The notes under the pieces: model-generated
Seen by the model: the letters and a program-made list of their open reading frames with translations, nothing else
The model's database searches: none
What the model was told of the DNA's origin: nothing
Assembly: GCA_963791485.1 (NCBI GenBank)
Contig: CAWBSO010000005.1
Coordinates: 324,741 to 388,740, forward strand
Direction: 5' to 3'
Source: an uncultured Solirubrobacterales bacterium
Lineage (GTDB): Bacteria > Actinomycetota > Thermoleophilia > Solirubrobacterales > Solirubrobacteraceae
DNA length: 64,000 nucleotides
Shown here: positions 46,837-59,390 of the stretch, one piece after another
How positions within the stretch are numbered: position 1 is the first letter of the stretch
Layout: the number at the start of each line of letters is the position of its first letter
Position numbers and translations under genes: made by a program

Positions 46837-47469
46837 ATGCCACGCAAGTCGCTACGCCCACAACTCAACCAGATCCGCGCCTGGGTGCGCCAGGGCCGCA
46901 CCGACGCGTGGGTCGCCCATCAGCTCGAGGTGACCGTGCAGGAGATCGAGCAGTTCAAGCGCCAGAACGACCTGGTGGGGGGCGAGGAGGCCGCGTCCGG
47001 CACCGCCGCAGCCGACTTCAACGAGGAGATCGACCTCCGCGCCGAGGACGACGCCCTAATCGCCGCCGAGCTCGAGGCAGCCGCACTGGAGGCTGAGCGC
47101 GTGCGCGCAGAGGCCGAGGCAGCGGCGGAGCGCGAACGCGCCGAACGTGCCGAGCGCGCCGCTGACGAGGAGGGGGCCACCGACGAGGAAAGGGCGGACG
47201 AGGAGGGGGCGGACGAGGACGAAGAGGCGGAGGCGCCGGCACGCCGCCGCAGCCGGCGTGGAGGACGCGGCCGGCGACGCCCAGCCGCGCGCGGCACCGC
47301 CCCCCTGGAGGGCACCTTCGACCACGGGGAGGAGGGCTACGGCCTGTGGTTGGACCCGGCCGTCCAGGACAATCCGATCTACGCCGAGCACTGGGCCGGC
47401 CACCGCCCGGTGGAGGTCGTCATCGAGGAGGACCAGATAGTCATTCGTCGTGTCGGCGGCGAGGACTAG
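46837..47469 (+). CDS. Hypothetical acidic protein with N-terminal HTH-like segment
   Basis: GRTDAWVAHQLEV, E/A-rich linker, C-terminal YGLWLDPAV. Confidence 0.7.
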   Translation: MPRKSLRPQLNQIRAWVRQGRTDAWVAHQLEVTVQEIEQFKRQNDLVGGEEAASGTAAADFNEEIDLRAEDDALIAAELEAAALEAERVRAEAEAAAERERAERAERAADEEGATDEERADEEGADEDEEAEAPARRRSRRGGRGRRRPAARGTAPLEGTFDHGEEGYGLWLDPAVQDNPIYAEHWAGHRPVEVVIEEDQIVIRRVGGED

Positions 47470-47686
47470 GACGCCGCTGGGACTGCGCTGGCCGATCGGC
47501 GAGCGCATCTGATCGCTGATCGGTCTGCGTCCTCGGTCGCTCGCGTACCGAAGCCGAGAGACACGCGCCTCCGGCGCGAATCCCCCGTTTCGGCCAGCAT
47601 CCCCGTTTCGGCCAGCACGCCACGCGGGGTGGGTGGGTCCTGACCATTTGCCTCGCTTGCCCAGCGACGCCCTAGAGCGCTAGTTT

Positions 47687-48013
47687 CTATTCAGCAGCCA
47701 CCTGCCGCCCTCCGGCGTAATCCGCCGCCTCGCGCAGGTAGCGTCCGAAGGCGGCGTCCACGACGATGCCCGAGTCCCACGCCCACGGGTCGGCAGGGGC
47801 GGCGTCCATCGCAAGCTGCAGGCACCACGCGGTGCCACGCTCGTACAGCTCGGCGAGCTCCTCCGCCGAGAACCTGCCGCCCAGGCGCCGGCGCAGCTCC
47901 GCCACCAGCGTGTCCACCACGCGCTCCAGCAGCAGCCGACGCTCCGACGGCGCTCGCTCGAGGCGGCGCTGGCCCTGGCGCCACTGGTGGATCGCGTTCT
48001 CGAAGCCCGGCAC
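47687..48013 (-). CDS. Hypothetical protein
   Basis: 108-aa ORF downstream of divIC with typical codon usage. Confidence 0.65.
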   Translation of the reverse strand: MPGFENAIHQWRQGQRRLERAPSERRLLLERVVDTLVAELRRRLGGRFSAEELAELYERGTAWCLQLAMDAAPADPWAWDSGIVVDAAFGRYLREAADYAGGRQVAAE

Positions 48014-48109
48014 GGGCCGCGAGGGTAGCAGCGCCCGGGACCCAGCCCTCCCGGGAGGACCCCGAGGCCCATCTCGGTAGGCAGCGTGCGGGCCTATCGA
48101 GAAAGGCCC

Positions 48110-48403
48110 TCAGTTGGAAGGCAGGCCCGTGATCACGTAGGTCTGCTCGCCGGGGCGGACCATCCCGAGGCGGCGGGCCTGCGGCACGAGCGTCGCCGGG
48201 CTGGTGAGCGAGGCGCGCTGCGCCTCCAGCGCCGCGTGCTGGCGCTCGAGCACCGCCAGCTGGGCGCTGTCGCCCCGCGCCTCTTTCCACGTCGACACCA
48301 GCGAGACGCCGGCGCTCAAGTAGAGGTACAGCAGCGCTCCCAGCACGCACAACATCGCCATCCGGCCCAGGCGGTCCCAGCGCACGCGCGTGGTCGATCG
48401 CAT
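48110..48403 (-). CDS. divIC: Septum formation initiator (DivIC/FtsB family)
   Basis: TM + coiled coil + ARRLGMVRPGE; follows eno. Confidence 0.8.
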   Translation of the reverse strand: MRSTTRVRWDRLGRMAMLCVLGALLYLYLSAGVSLVSTWKEARGDSAQLAVLERQHAALEAQRASLTSPATLVPQARRLGMVRPGEQTYVITGLPSN

Positions 48404-48454
48404 CCCTCTCGCATTCGCCCTCCCCGGTCCAGCTCCTGCAAGCTGGGCGAACCG

Positions 48455-49744
<1,290 letters not shown>

Positions 49745-49779
49745 TCACTCACGCCGAACGGCTCGCGCCGCCCCGCACG

Positions 49780-50934
49780 CTAGTTGGAGGGCGCGGGGAC
49801 CGGGGTGGCCGGCGTGGTCTTCGGCGCTTTGTACTGCTCGCACCGCTGCATCACGTAGCCCGAGCGGCATTCGGTGCGTGCCTTCCACTTCTTTTCGAAT
49901 TCCTTGACGAACTTGGTGAGCGCCGTCTGCTGCTGGGTGGAGGCGAGCTGGCTTTTGACCGTTTCCTTCACCTGCGCGAGGCTCTGCTGGCTGGAGGGGT
50001 GGACAGCCTTGACTTCGTAGATGTAGTAGCCGAACGGCGTCTTCACCGGGCCGCCGAGCACGTTCGGCTTGGCCGCGAATACGGCTTCGCTGAGCGCCTT
50101 CTGCTCCTGGCCCTTGACTACGCCTTTGATTTCGCCGCCGGTGGTCTTGCTGGTCGGGTCGATCGACTTGCTCTTGGCGACGCTCGCGAAGCTCTTGCCC
50201 GATTCGATTTCCTTCTTCGCCTGCTGGGCCTCGGCTTCGGTCTTCGTGAGGACGATCCGCAGATCGCGCGATTCCGGTTTGCCGTACGTGGACTTGTGTT
50301 CGTTGTAGTACTTGGAGACAGCCGCTTCGTTCACGTTCTTCTTGGCTTCCTTGGCGACCTTTTCCTGGATTTTGGTCGTGAGCTGGCTGAGCTTCACGCG
50401 CAGCAGCAGGTCGGAGACGGTCTGCCCGGTGGTGGCGAGGAATTTCTGGAATTCGGCTTCCTTGGGGAACTGCTGCTTCTTGAGTTCGTTGAACTTCTTC
50501 TCGACTTCCTTGTCGCTGAGCTTGATGCCCTGTTCTTCGGCCTGCCCGATCACCCAATCGGCGCTGACCAGGAAGCCCAGTGTCGTCTGCTGCAGCGCTT
50601 TGTACTGCTGTTCGCACTGCGACTTCAGCGCCGCTTCGGTCTTCGGCTGCTGGCCCTTGGCGGGCTTCGGTTCGATTTCTTTGAGGTGAGCGATGCAGTT
50701 GGTGTAGCTCGGTGGGTCGGGCACGACCGCTTTGGGCGCTTTCTGCCCCGGTACCGCCGCCGCGCTCGCGGACGCCGCCACCCCCATCCAGTGTTCGAAC
50801 GTCGCTTTCGTGATCGGCTGGCCGTTGACCTGCACCACGGCGTCGCTGGGGATACCGCCACCGCACGCGGCGATCCCCACAGCGGCAAAGAAAACGGCGC
50901 TCAGCGCCGCGACCCATCGAGTTAGTTTGAACAC
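49780..50934 (-). CDS. prsA: PrsA/SurA-type peptidyl-prolyl isomerase lipoprotein
   Basis: Lipobox IAAC, FASVAKSKSID...GG, PVKTPFGYYI. Confidence 0.85.
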   Translation of the reverse strand: MFKLTRWVAALSAVFFAAVGIAACGGGIPSDAVVQVNGQPITKATFEHWMGVAASASAAAVPGQKAPKAVVPDPPSYTNCIAHLKEIEPKPAKGQQPKTEAALKSQCEQQYKALQQTTLGFLVSADWVIGQAEEQGIKLSDKEVEKKFNELKKQQFPKEAEFQKFLATTGQTVSDLLLRVKLSQLTTKIQEKVAKEAKKNVNEAAVSKYYNEHKSTYGKPESRDLRIVLTKTEAEAQQAKKEIESGKSFASVAKSKSIDPTSKTTGGEIKGVVKGQEQKALSEAVFAAKPNVLGGPVKTPFGYYIYEVKAVHPSSQQSLAQVKETVKSQLASTQQQTALTKFVKEFEKKWKARTECRSGYVMQRCEQYKAPKTTPATPVPAPSN

Positions 50935-51062
50935 AGAGAGGGCACTCTAGCGAAAATTCATAAGCGGCGTTTAAGGAGTTCTTCAACTCCCGGTCAAGAC
51001 GGGCGCCGGCGGCGCCGCGGCGTGTCTCCGACACCGATCGGGGGCACAGGTCCAGATCCCGC

Positions 51063-54000
51063 TCATGCCGCCTCGCGCACGACCGACAGCAGCACGTCAG
51101 CGGCGCGCACCACGGCGGGGAAGCGCTCGGGGCCCTCGCGCGGGACGCGTACCGACACCTGCGATTTGCCCGACTCGTACAGCGCCTCGGGCAGCTGCTC
51201 GCGCAGGCGCCGAGCGCGGGCGGAGTCGAGGTCGATCGGCGTGACCGCGAGGCGGTCGCCGCGGAAGCTCACCGCGCGCGCTCCCGCCTGGCCGAGCTTG
51301 ATGCGGGCTCGCTGCAACGCGAGCAGGTTGGCGAGCGGCTCGGGCACGGGGCCGAAGCGGTCCTCGAGCTCCTCGCGCAGGCGCTCGACGTCGGCCACCT
51401 CCAGCGCGCCGGCCACGCGGCGGTGGATCTCGATCTTGGCCTGCTCGTAGGGGACGTAGTCGGGGGGCACGTACGCGTCGACGTTGACGTCCAACCGCAC
51501 CGGCTCTGGCAGCTCGACTCCATCCTCGCCCTCGACGGGGCCGGCCTCGCGGACGGCCTCGTCAAGCATCTGCATGTACAACTCAAAGCCGAGCGCCGCC
51601 ACGTGCCCGGACTGCTCGTCGCCGAGCAGGTTGCCCGCCCCGCGGATCTCCAGGTCGCGCATCGCGATCTTGAAGCCCGACCCCAGCTCGGTGTAGTCCG
51701 AGAGCGCCGAGAGCCGCTGCGCGGCCTCCGGCGTAAGCGCTGCCGCCGAGTCGTACAGCAGGTAGGCGTAGGCGCGCTCGCGGCTGCGCCCGACGCGCCC
51801 GCGGATCTGGTAGAGCTGGGCGAGGCCGAACACGTCGGCGTGCTCGACGATCAGCGTGTTCGCCTGGGGGATATCGATGCCGGACTCGATGATCGAGGTG
51901 CACACCAGCACCTCGGCGCCGCCGCGCAAGTAGTCCATCATCACGCTCTCGAGCTCCCCCTCGCCCATCTGGCCGTGCGCCACGGCGAAGCGCACCCCGG
52001 GGCACAGCGCACGCAGGCGCTCGGCCGTCTCGTCGATCGACTCCACGCGGTTGTGCATGAAGAAGGCCTGCCCGCCGCGCTCGTGCTCGCGCAGGATCGC
52101 GCCCCTCACGAGCTCCTCCTCGTACTCGCCGACGTAGGTGCGCACCGGCCGCCGGCCCTCCGGGGGGGTCTCGATCACCGAGATGTCGCGCAGCCCCGCC
52201 AGCGACATCTGCAGCGTGCGAGGGATCGGAGTGGCGGACATCGAGATCACGTCGACGCGCAGCTTCAGCTGGCGCAGCAGCTCCTTCTGCTTGACGCCGA
52301 AGCGCTGCTCCTCGTCGACCACAAGCAGGCCGAGGTCCTTCGCGCGAACGTCGCGCGAGAGCACGCGGTGGGTGCCGATCAGGATGTCCACGCCGCCCTT
52401 GGCGAAGCCCGCGATCGCCTCCTTCTGCTCGGCGGGGGTGCGGAAGCGGGAGACGTGGTCGATCGTCACCGGGTAGTCGGCGAGACGCTCGGAGAAGGTG
52501 CCGAAGTGCTGCTGGGCGAGGATCGTCGTGGGGGCCAGCATCAGCACCTGCTTGCCCTGCGTCGCCGCCTTGAACGCCGCGCGCAGCGCCACCTCAGTCT
52601 TGCCGTAGCCGACGTCGCCGCAGATCAGGCGGTCCATCGGCCGCGGCGCCTCCATGTCGGCCTTCACCGCCTCGATCGCGTCGCGCTGGTCGGGGGTCTC
52701 GGTGTAGGGGAAGCGCTGCTCCAGTTCGCGCTCCCACTCGGAGTCGGGCTCGAAGGCGTGCCCGGCGCGCCGGCGGCGCTCGGCGTAGAGGGCGAGCAGC
52801 TCGCCCGCCAGCTCCTGTGCGGCGCGGCGCGCGCGCGACTTCATCGCCTCCCAGCGCGAGCCACCCAGTTTGGAGAGCGGAGGGTGCTCGCTGCCGGCTC
52901 CGAGGTAGCGGGAGATCTTCGCGAGCTGTTCGGTGGGCGCGTACACGCGGTCGTCGCCCTGGTATTCGAGGTACAAGTAGTCGCGCGTGACGCCCGCCAC
53001 GGTGCGCGTCTCGAAGCCCGCGAAGCGCGCCACGCCGTGGTCTTCGTGGACGACGATGTCGCCGGTGCGCAGCTCGGTGAAGGAGCGCAGCGCGCCGCGG
53101 CGGGGCCTCCCGTCGGCGCTTGCCTGCGGCCGCTCGGCACGGCGGCGGCGCAGCAGGCGGTGCTCAGGGAAGACAGCGAGCTTCAGCGAGGGCGCGATAA
53201 AGCCCTCGCGCAGCGAGGCGGCCGCGAAGCGCAGGGATGCCTCGATTGGCGCCGCCGCCACATCGACCTCGCCACCATCGTCCAGCCACGCCGCTTTCAA
53301 ACGCGCGAGGTTGTACGCCGCGCGCTCGCCCTCGCCGCGGTGGGGGAAGGTGACGACGGTGCGGTAGCCGGAGCGCACGAGCTTCTCCAGCTGCGGCTCG
53401 GCCTCCGCCAGCGAGCGCGCGGCGGTGTCCGCGGACTGCGCGCGCAGCTCGATCTCCTGGCCACCTGCCAGCGATGACAGCCAGATGCGGGTGCGTTGCG
53501 CAAGCACAGCTTGGATCTCGTCGGGGCTCACGTACAGGTGGTGGGCGTCGGCGTCGTGAAAGGCCGCGCACACGTCGCCCCAGTGATCCTCCAGCGCTGG
53601 ATCGAGCTCCTCCTCGGCGGCGACGATCACCTCGGTCGCTCGCCGACCAACCCCTCCCCCTCCTCCTCCCTCTTGCTCCTCTCCGCCGACCGAAGCGGGG
53701 GGACACTCGGCCAGCAGCGCCCCGAAGCGCTCGACCGGCAGGAGCTCGGCGATATCTGGGCGCTCGGCGGCGTCCTCCAGCGCGGCGATCTCCGCCAGCT
53801 CGCGGTGCTCGGCGGCGAGCTCCGCCGCGGGCGCGATCTCGACCTCCTCCACCTCGCCCAGCGAGCGCTGCGTGAACGTCGAGAACCAGCGCAGCGATTC
53901 GATCTCCACGTCGAACATGTCCACGCGCACCGCCCGCTCCTCGGTGGCGGGGAAGATGTCGAGGATCTCCCCGCGCATCGCAAACTGTCCGCGCTCATCC

Positions 54001-54506
54001 ACCTGGTCAACACGCTCATACCCTGCCGCGACAAGCTCGTCCGCGCACTCGTGCAGGTCCAGCAGCTCCCCCCGGCGCAGCGTGAACGAGCGCGGGCGCA
54101 AGGCGGGATCGGGCACCTTCTCCGAGAGCGCCACCGCCGAGACGACGACGACTGGAGGCCCGCCCACCCGGTCGGCATTCACTGCGAGCAGGGAGTCGAG
54201 TGCGGCCACCCGCAATCCGATCAGGTGCGCAGGGGGGGTCAGATGAGACTCGTAGGTCACCCCTCGGGAGGGGTAGTACCGCACTCTGCGCGGGTGAAGC
54301 CATGCACGCAGGTCCGATGCAAGCTCGCGCGCTGCTCGATCGTCGCCGACCACGACCAGCGTTGGCCGTGCCCTGCCACTCTCCGCCAGACCCGCGATCA
54401 GATAAGGGCGCAGCGAGGCCGACACGAACGCATGACCTCCCTCGCGCGCCAACCGTGCTGCGCCAGGGTCGTCCTGCACCAAGCCCAGCAGCGGGCGCAG
54501 GCTCAT
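51063..54506 (-). CDS. mfd: Transcription-repair coupling factor
   Basis: VHEDHGV, CGDVGYGKTEVA, DEEQRFGV, QIRGRVGR, TRCF domain. Confidence 0.98.
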   Translation of the reverse strand: MSLRPLLGLVQDDPGAARLAREGGHAFVSASLRPYLIAGLAESGRARPTLVVVGDDRAARELASDLRAWLHPRRVRYYPSRGVTYESHLTPPAHLIGLRVAALDSLLAVNADRVGGPPVVVVSAVALSEKVPDPALRPRSFTLRRGELLDLHECADELVAAGYERVDQVDERGQFAMRGEILDIFPATEERAVRVDMFDVEIESLRWFSTFTQRSLGEVEEVEIAPAAELAAEHRELAEIAALEDAAERPDIAELLPVERFGALLAECPPASVGGEEQEGGGGGGVGRRATEVIVAAEEELDPALEDHWGDVCAAFHDADAHHLYVSPDEIQAVLAQRTRIWLSSLAGGQEIELRAQSADTAARSLAEAEPQLEKLVRSGYRTVVTFPHRGEGERAAYNLARLKAAWLDDGGEVDVAAAPIEASLRFAAASLREGFIAPSLKLAVFPEHRLLRRRRAERPQASADGRPRRGALRSFTELRTGDIVVHEDHGVARFAGFETRTVAGVTRDYLYLEYQGDDRVYAPTEQLAKISRYLGAGSEHPPLSKLGGSRWEAMKSRARRAAQELAGELLALYAERRRRAGHAFEPDSEWERELEQRFPYTETPDQRDAIEAVKADMEAPRPMDRLICGDVGYGKTEVALRAAFKAATQGKQVLMLAPTTILAQQHFGTFSERLADYPVTIDHVSRFRTPAEQKEAIAGFAKGGVDILIGTHRVLSRDVRAKDLGLLVVDEEQRFGVKQKELLRQLKLRVDVISMSATPIPRTLQMSLAGLRDISVIETPPEGRRPVRTYVGEYEEELVRGAILREHERGGQAFFMHNRVESIDETAERLRALCPGVRFAVAHGQMGEGELESVMMDYLRGGAEVLVCTSIIESGIDIPQANTLIVEHADVFGLAQLYQIRGRVGRSRERAYAYLLYDSAAALTPEAAQRLSALSDYTELGSGFKIAMRDLEIRGAGNLLGDEQSGHVAALGFELYMQMLDEAVREAGPVEGEDGVELPEPVRLDVNVDAYVPPDYVPYEQAKIEIHRRVAGALEVADVERLREELEDRFGPVPEPLANLLALQRARIKLGQAGARAVSFRGDRLAVTPIDLDSARARRLREQLPEALYESGKSQVSVRVPREGPERFPAVVRAADVLLSVVREAA

Positions 54507-54608
54507 TGTGGGCCACCGGCGTTCGCCGACGTCCCCCGTTGGGCGTACCCGGCCGGCCCCCGAAGACACTCCCATGCCCCCACCCCGCGGCCCCCCGAGG
54601 GCCGCTCA

Positions 54609-55232
54609 TCAAACCGCATTCGACCCCTCCTCGCCCACTAGACGCTCGACTTCATCCGCCGCGCGGGCCACCAGCTCGCGCACCTCCTCGGGGGACTCGC
54701 GGAAGCGGCCGAGCACGTGCGCGGAGACGATCTCCGGGTCGGTCGAGCCGGGGCGGCCGACCCCGACGCGCACCCGCCAGAAGTCCGCCCCGCCCAACTC
54801 GTGCCGCAGCGACTTCAGCCCGTTGTGCCCCGCCAGGCCGCCGCCCAACCGCGCGCGCACCTCGCCGAAGGGGATGTCGATCTCGTCGTGCACCGCCACC
54901 ACGCGCTCCAGCGCAAGCTTGTAGGAGCCGCGCGCGGGCCCGGCGGAGCGGCCGGCCTCGTTCATGAACGTCTGTGGCCATAGAACCGCCACGCGGGGTC
55001 CTCCGGGCCCGGCCCGGCCCTCGGCGAGCAGAGCGCGGAAGCGCGGCTTGGCGCGCTGCAGGCCCCACCGCTCGGCGAGGGTGTCGGCGACCATGAAGCC
55101 GACGTTGTGGCGCGTGCGCGCGTACTCCCTGCCGGGGTTGCCCAGCCCCACGATCAGCCAGTCGGCGGGCGGGCCACCGGAACCGCCGTGCGAGCGCCTG
55201 CCGGCGAATGGCCGCGGCAGCGAGCGCCGCAG
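54609..55232 (-). CDS. pth: Peptidyl-tRNA hydrolase (probable CTG start)
   Basis: WLIVGLGNPG..Y..TRHNVGF, TFMN, HDEID, GHNGLKS. Confidence 0.93.
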   Translation of the reverse strand: MRRSLPRPFAGRRSHGGSGGPPADWLIVGLGNPGREYARTRHNVGFMVADTLAERWGLQRAKPRFRALLAEGRAGPGGPRVAVLWPQTFMNEAGRSAGPARGSYKLALERVVAVHDEIDIPFGEVRARLGGGLAGHNGLKSLRHELGGADFWRVRVGVGRPGSTDPEIVSAHVLGRFRESPEEVRELVARAADEVERLVGEEGSNAV

Positions 55233-55235
55233 TGT

Positions 55236-55901
55236 CTACTCCTCGGCGGAGGCGCCGCCCGCGGCGCCCTCGGCCTTCTCGGCCTCGCCGACGACCTCGG
55301 TCTCCGCTTCGATCTCGGCTGCCGTCTCGGTCTGCAGGCGTGGCGGGGTGAGCGTCGCCAGCACCGTCTCCTCCGGCGCATCCAGCAGCGTGACACCTGC
55401 CGGGGGCGTGACCGCCGCAAGCATCAGCGTCTCGCCGATGTTCATCTCCGCGACGGAGTGCACAATCGACTCCGGGATCCCCGTCGGCAGCGCTTCGATG
55501 TTCAGCTCGCGCGTGATCTGCTCGAGCACGCCGCCTTCGCGAACGCCGGGGGACTCATCCAGGCCCGTCAGCTCCAGCGCAACCACTGCCTGGATCGGCC
55601 GGTCCAAGCGCACACGCAGCAGATCGACGTGCACTGTCTCCCCCCGCACCGGGTGGCGCTGGGCCTCCTTGAGCACGACCGGCGTGGGGGTCCCGCCGTC
55701 GACGCTCAGGTCCAGCACCGCTCCTGCCCGCGCCAGCGCGAGGCGCAGCTCGCGGGCGTCCACCTCGAAGCTCAGCGGCTGCTCACCGCCGCCGTAGAGG
55801 ATCCCGGGCACGCGGCCGTCACGGCGCGTGCGCCGTGCCTTTCGCGAGCCATCGGGTTGGCGGGCGCGCACGGCGAGCTGAGTGGAGGTCTGGTCGGGCA
55901 T
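55236..55901 (-). CDS. rplY: 50S ribosomal protein L25/Ctc
   Basis: RRDGRVPGILYG, QRHPV...HVDL, GVREGGVLEQ. Confidence 0.96.
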   Translation of the reverse strand: MPDQTSTQLAVRARQPDGSRKARRTRRDGRVPGILYGGGEQPLSFEVDARELRLALARAGAVLDLSVDGGTPTPVVLKEAQRHPVRGETVHVDLLRVRLDRPIQAVVALELTGLDESPGVREGGVLEQITRELNIEALPTGIPESIVHSVAEMNIGETLMLAAVTPPAGVTLLDAPEETVLATLTPPRLQTETAAEIEAETEVVGEAEKAEGAAGGASAEE

Positions 55902-55964
55902 GGCGGGGAGAGGACTTTAGCAATCGCTCGATTCGGAGCCCCCCGGGCGGTGGGGGTGCCGGAG

Positions 55965-56025
55965 AATCAATTGATTTTTGGACCCATACAAATAAGAATC
56001 AGACTCAGTCTCATTTGTATGGGTC
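55965..56025. promoter_or_regulatory. AT-rich palindromic region with a Fur/Zur-box-like core upstream of rplY
   Basis: GACCCATACAAAT/ATTTGTATGGGTC 13-bp IR overlapping AATCAGACTCAGTCTCATT; separate palindrome AATCAATTGATT. Confidence 0.45.
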
Positions 56026-56080
56026 GGGAAAAGTATGTTTTGCGCAGACCAGCTGGTAGATGTCCAACGGCAAAGATCAA

Positions 56081-56620
56081 TCAGCCCCGGCAATCCGCGG
56101 TGGAGCCGATCCGCGGGCCGACGCGCAGCAGCGAAACGGAGATGCCCGTGAGGAAGTCGCCCGAGCGGCGGACTTGCACGCACTGCACGACCGGGTAGCG
56201 CCCGGTGACCTTCCACGCCACGCGCGTTTCGCCGACGGAGCCGCCCAGCGAGTGGTTGGTGGTGGACTGCGTCGATAGTAGTTCCACCGCCCCCGGCCGC
56301 CGCAGGCTGGCCGCGTCCGCGCGCACCGTCGCGACGCACGAGGGGCTGGCGCGGCAGTCGGAGAGCTGCGCGAGCATTTCCCGCACGTCGCCGCGCGCCT
56401 CGGCCTGCATCAGCGCCCACTCGTGGTCGCGTTCGACGTTTTCCGTCGAGAGGTAGCGCGCGAGCACGCCGCTGATCGTGAGGAACAGCAGCACTCCGAC
56501 CGCGATCAACACGATCCGCGTGCCGCGGGAGAAGCGCCGCGGGCGTTGATTGCGCCCGCCGGGCCCGGGTCCTGGCGCGCCGTTCGCACCAGCCCCCACG
56601 GCGAGATCGGGCCGGGACAT
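56081..56620 (-). CDS. Hypothetical membrane-anchored protein
   Basis: Single TM, paired Cys; directly after prs. Confidence 0.65.
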   Translation of the reverse strand: MSRPDLAVGAGANGAPGPGPGGRNQRPRRFSRGTRIVLIAVGVLLFLTISGVLARYLSTENVERDHEWALMQAEARGDVREMLAQLSDCRASPSCVATVRADAASLRRPGAVELLSTQSTTNHSLGGSVGETRVAWKVTGRYPVVQCVQVRRSGDFLTGISVSLLRVGPRIGSTADCRG

Positions 56621-56622
56621 GC

Positions 56623-57644
<1,022 letters not shown>

Positions 57645-57648
<4 letters not shown>

Positions 57649-59069
57649 TGCTCCTCGGAGTGTAAAGGTCCGCGACGCGGCATCGTTATCTGCGCCCGCT
57701 CGTCCTCGCGCCGCTGCGCGTACCCCTCAAGGTTGTGCTGGCGCGCGCGCGCCACGCCCAGCGCGCCGGGAGGGACGTCCTCGGTGATCACCGAGCCCGC
57801 CGCGGTGTAGGCATCGTCACCGACAGTCACCGGGGCAACGAACGCGGTGTCCACCCCTCCGCGTACGCGCTTGCCGATCGTCGTGCGGTGCTTTGCGTGG
57901 CCGTCGTAGTTGGCGGTGAGCGTGCCGGCGCCGAGATTGGCGCGCTCGCCCACGTCGGCGTCGCCGATGTAGGAGAGGTGCGGAATTTTCGCGCCGGGGC
58001 CGATCGCGGAGTTCTTGACCTCCACGAACGTCCCCACCTTCGAGCCCTCGCCCAGCACGGCGTCGGGGCGCAGGTAGGCGAACGGGCCCACGCTCGCCCC
58101 GGCGCCGACCACGGCCCGCTCGAGCCACGAGACCCGCACCGCCGCCCGCTCGCCGATCCGCGAGTCGATCGCCGTGGTGTGCGGCCCCACTGTGGCGCCC
58201 GCGCCTACCTCAGTGACCCCGCGCAGCGCGGTGCCGGGCTCGATGCGGACATCTTCGCCGATCTGCACATCCACGTCCACCCACGTGGCAAGCGGGTCCA
58301 CAACAGTCACCCCGGTGCGCATGTGCCGCTCGAGGATCGCGCGCTGCGCGAGCGCCCGCACCTCGGCAAGCGCCACGCGGTCGTTGACGCCGAGCACGAG
58401 GTGTGGGTCGTCGACCGCGTGGGCTAGCACCGCGGCGCCGTCGGCGCGCAGCAGATCCAGCACCTGCGGCAGGTACAACTCACCCTGGGCGTTGTCGGCG
58501 CTCAAACGAGGCAACGCCTCCAAAAGCGCCTCGCCGGCGAACGCGTAGATGCCTGTATTGACCTCGCGGATCTCGAGCTCTGCCGCGGTGGCGTCGCCCT
58601 CCTTCTTGGTCTCGACCACCCGCGCCACCGCGCCGCGCTCGTCGCGCACCACGCGCCCGTAGCCGCTGGGATCGTCCAGCACCGTGGTGGCCATCGTCGC
58701 CGCCGCTCCACCCGCATCGTGGGCCGCCACCAGCTCGGCAATCGCCGCAGCGCTCACCAGCGGCACATCGCCGCTCAGCACAACCACCGATGCCGCGGGA
58801 TCGATCGCCTGCGCAGCCGCAATCACCGCACCGCCGGTGCCGTTGGAGACGGGCTGCACCACCAGCTCGACGCCGGCCGGCAACACCTCCGCCAGCGGTC
58901 GCGCCGGCGAGTCCACCACCACCACCTTGCCAGCTCCGGCCTCCAGGGCCGCGACCACCGGCCACAGCCCCATCGGCCGGCCGCAGAGCTCGTGCAGCAC
59001 CTTCGGCACAGCCGAGCGCATGCGCGTCCCCTGGCCCGCGGCCAGGACAACAACTGTCGGTGCGGTCAT
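57645..59069 (-). CDS. glmU: Bifunctional GlmU
   Basis: LAAGQGTRM..PKVLH, hexapeptide repeats, HLSYIGD, NYDG. Confidence 0.98.
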
Positions 59070-59082
59070 AGCTCACACCATC

Positions 59083-59237
59083 GGCATTGGGGGGCAGTCA
59101 CACCAGTCCTCCTCCAGGATCCCCGGCCGCGCGGCGCGAACGGAGGAGTCGTTCATTCCATCGTCCTCCCCTCCGGGGATCCCGGCCGCGCGCAGCGCGG
59201 TCGGAGGGGGTCGCGTAGCGGAGGCATTGGGGGGCAG
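59083..59237. repeat. tRNA-Gln-linked repeat: 15-bp direct repeat flanking two related hairpins
   Basis: GGCATTGGGGGGCAG at 59083-59097 and 59223-59237; internal units GGATCCC(C)GGCCGCGCG enclosed by CTCC/GGAG arms. Confidence 0.6.
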
Positions 59238-59297
59238 GGACTCGAACCCCGATTCTCAGGACCAAAACCTGATGTCCTGCCATTGGACGACCCCCCA
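59227..59297 (-). tRNA. tRNA-Gln (TTG)
   Basis: TGGGGGGTCGTCCAATGGCAGGACATCAGGTTTTGGTCCTGAGAATCGGGGTTCGAGTCCCTGCCCCCCA; usual position upstream of glmU. Confidence 0.95.
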
Positions 59298-59390
59298 CAG
59301 GGTTGAGATCGCCTACGCGCAGACGCGTAGCGGCAGAAGTTGTTGCAAGGGCCCTTTCACCTGCAAATCGAGCATCTCCTCTATCTTACC

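Noticed and set aside
47583-47617. Tandem duplication CCCCGTTTCGGCCAGCA x2
   Set aside because: Only two copies in an intergenic gap between convergent genes; likely slippage, with no evidence of function
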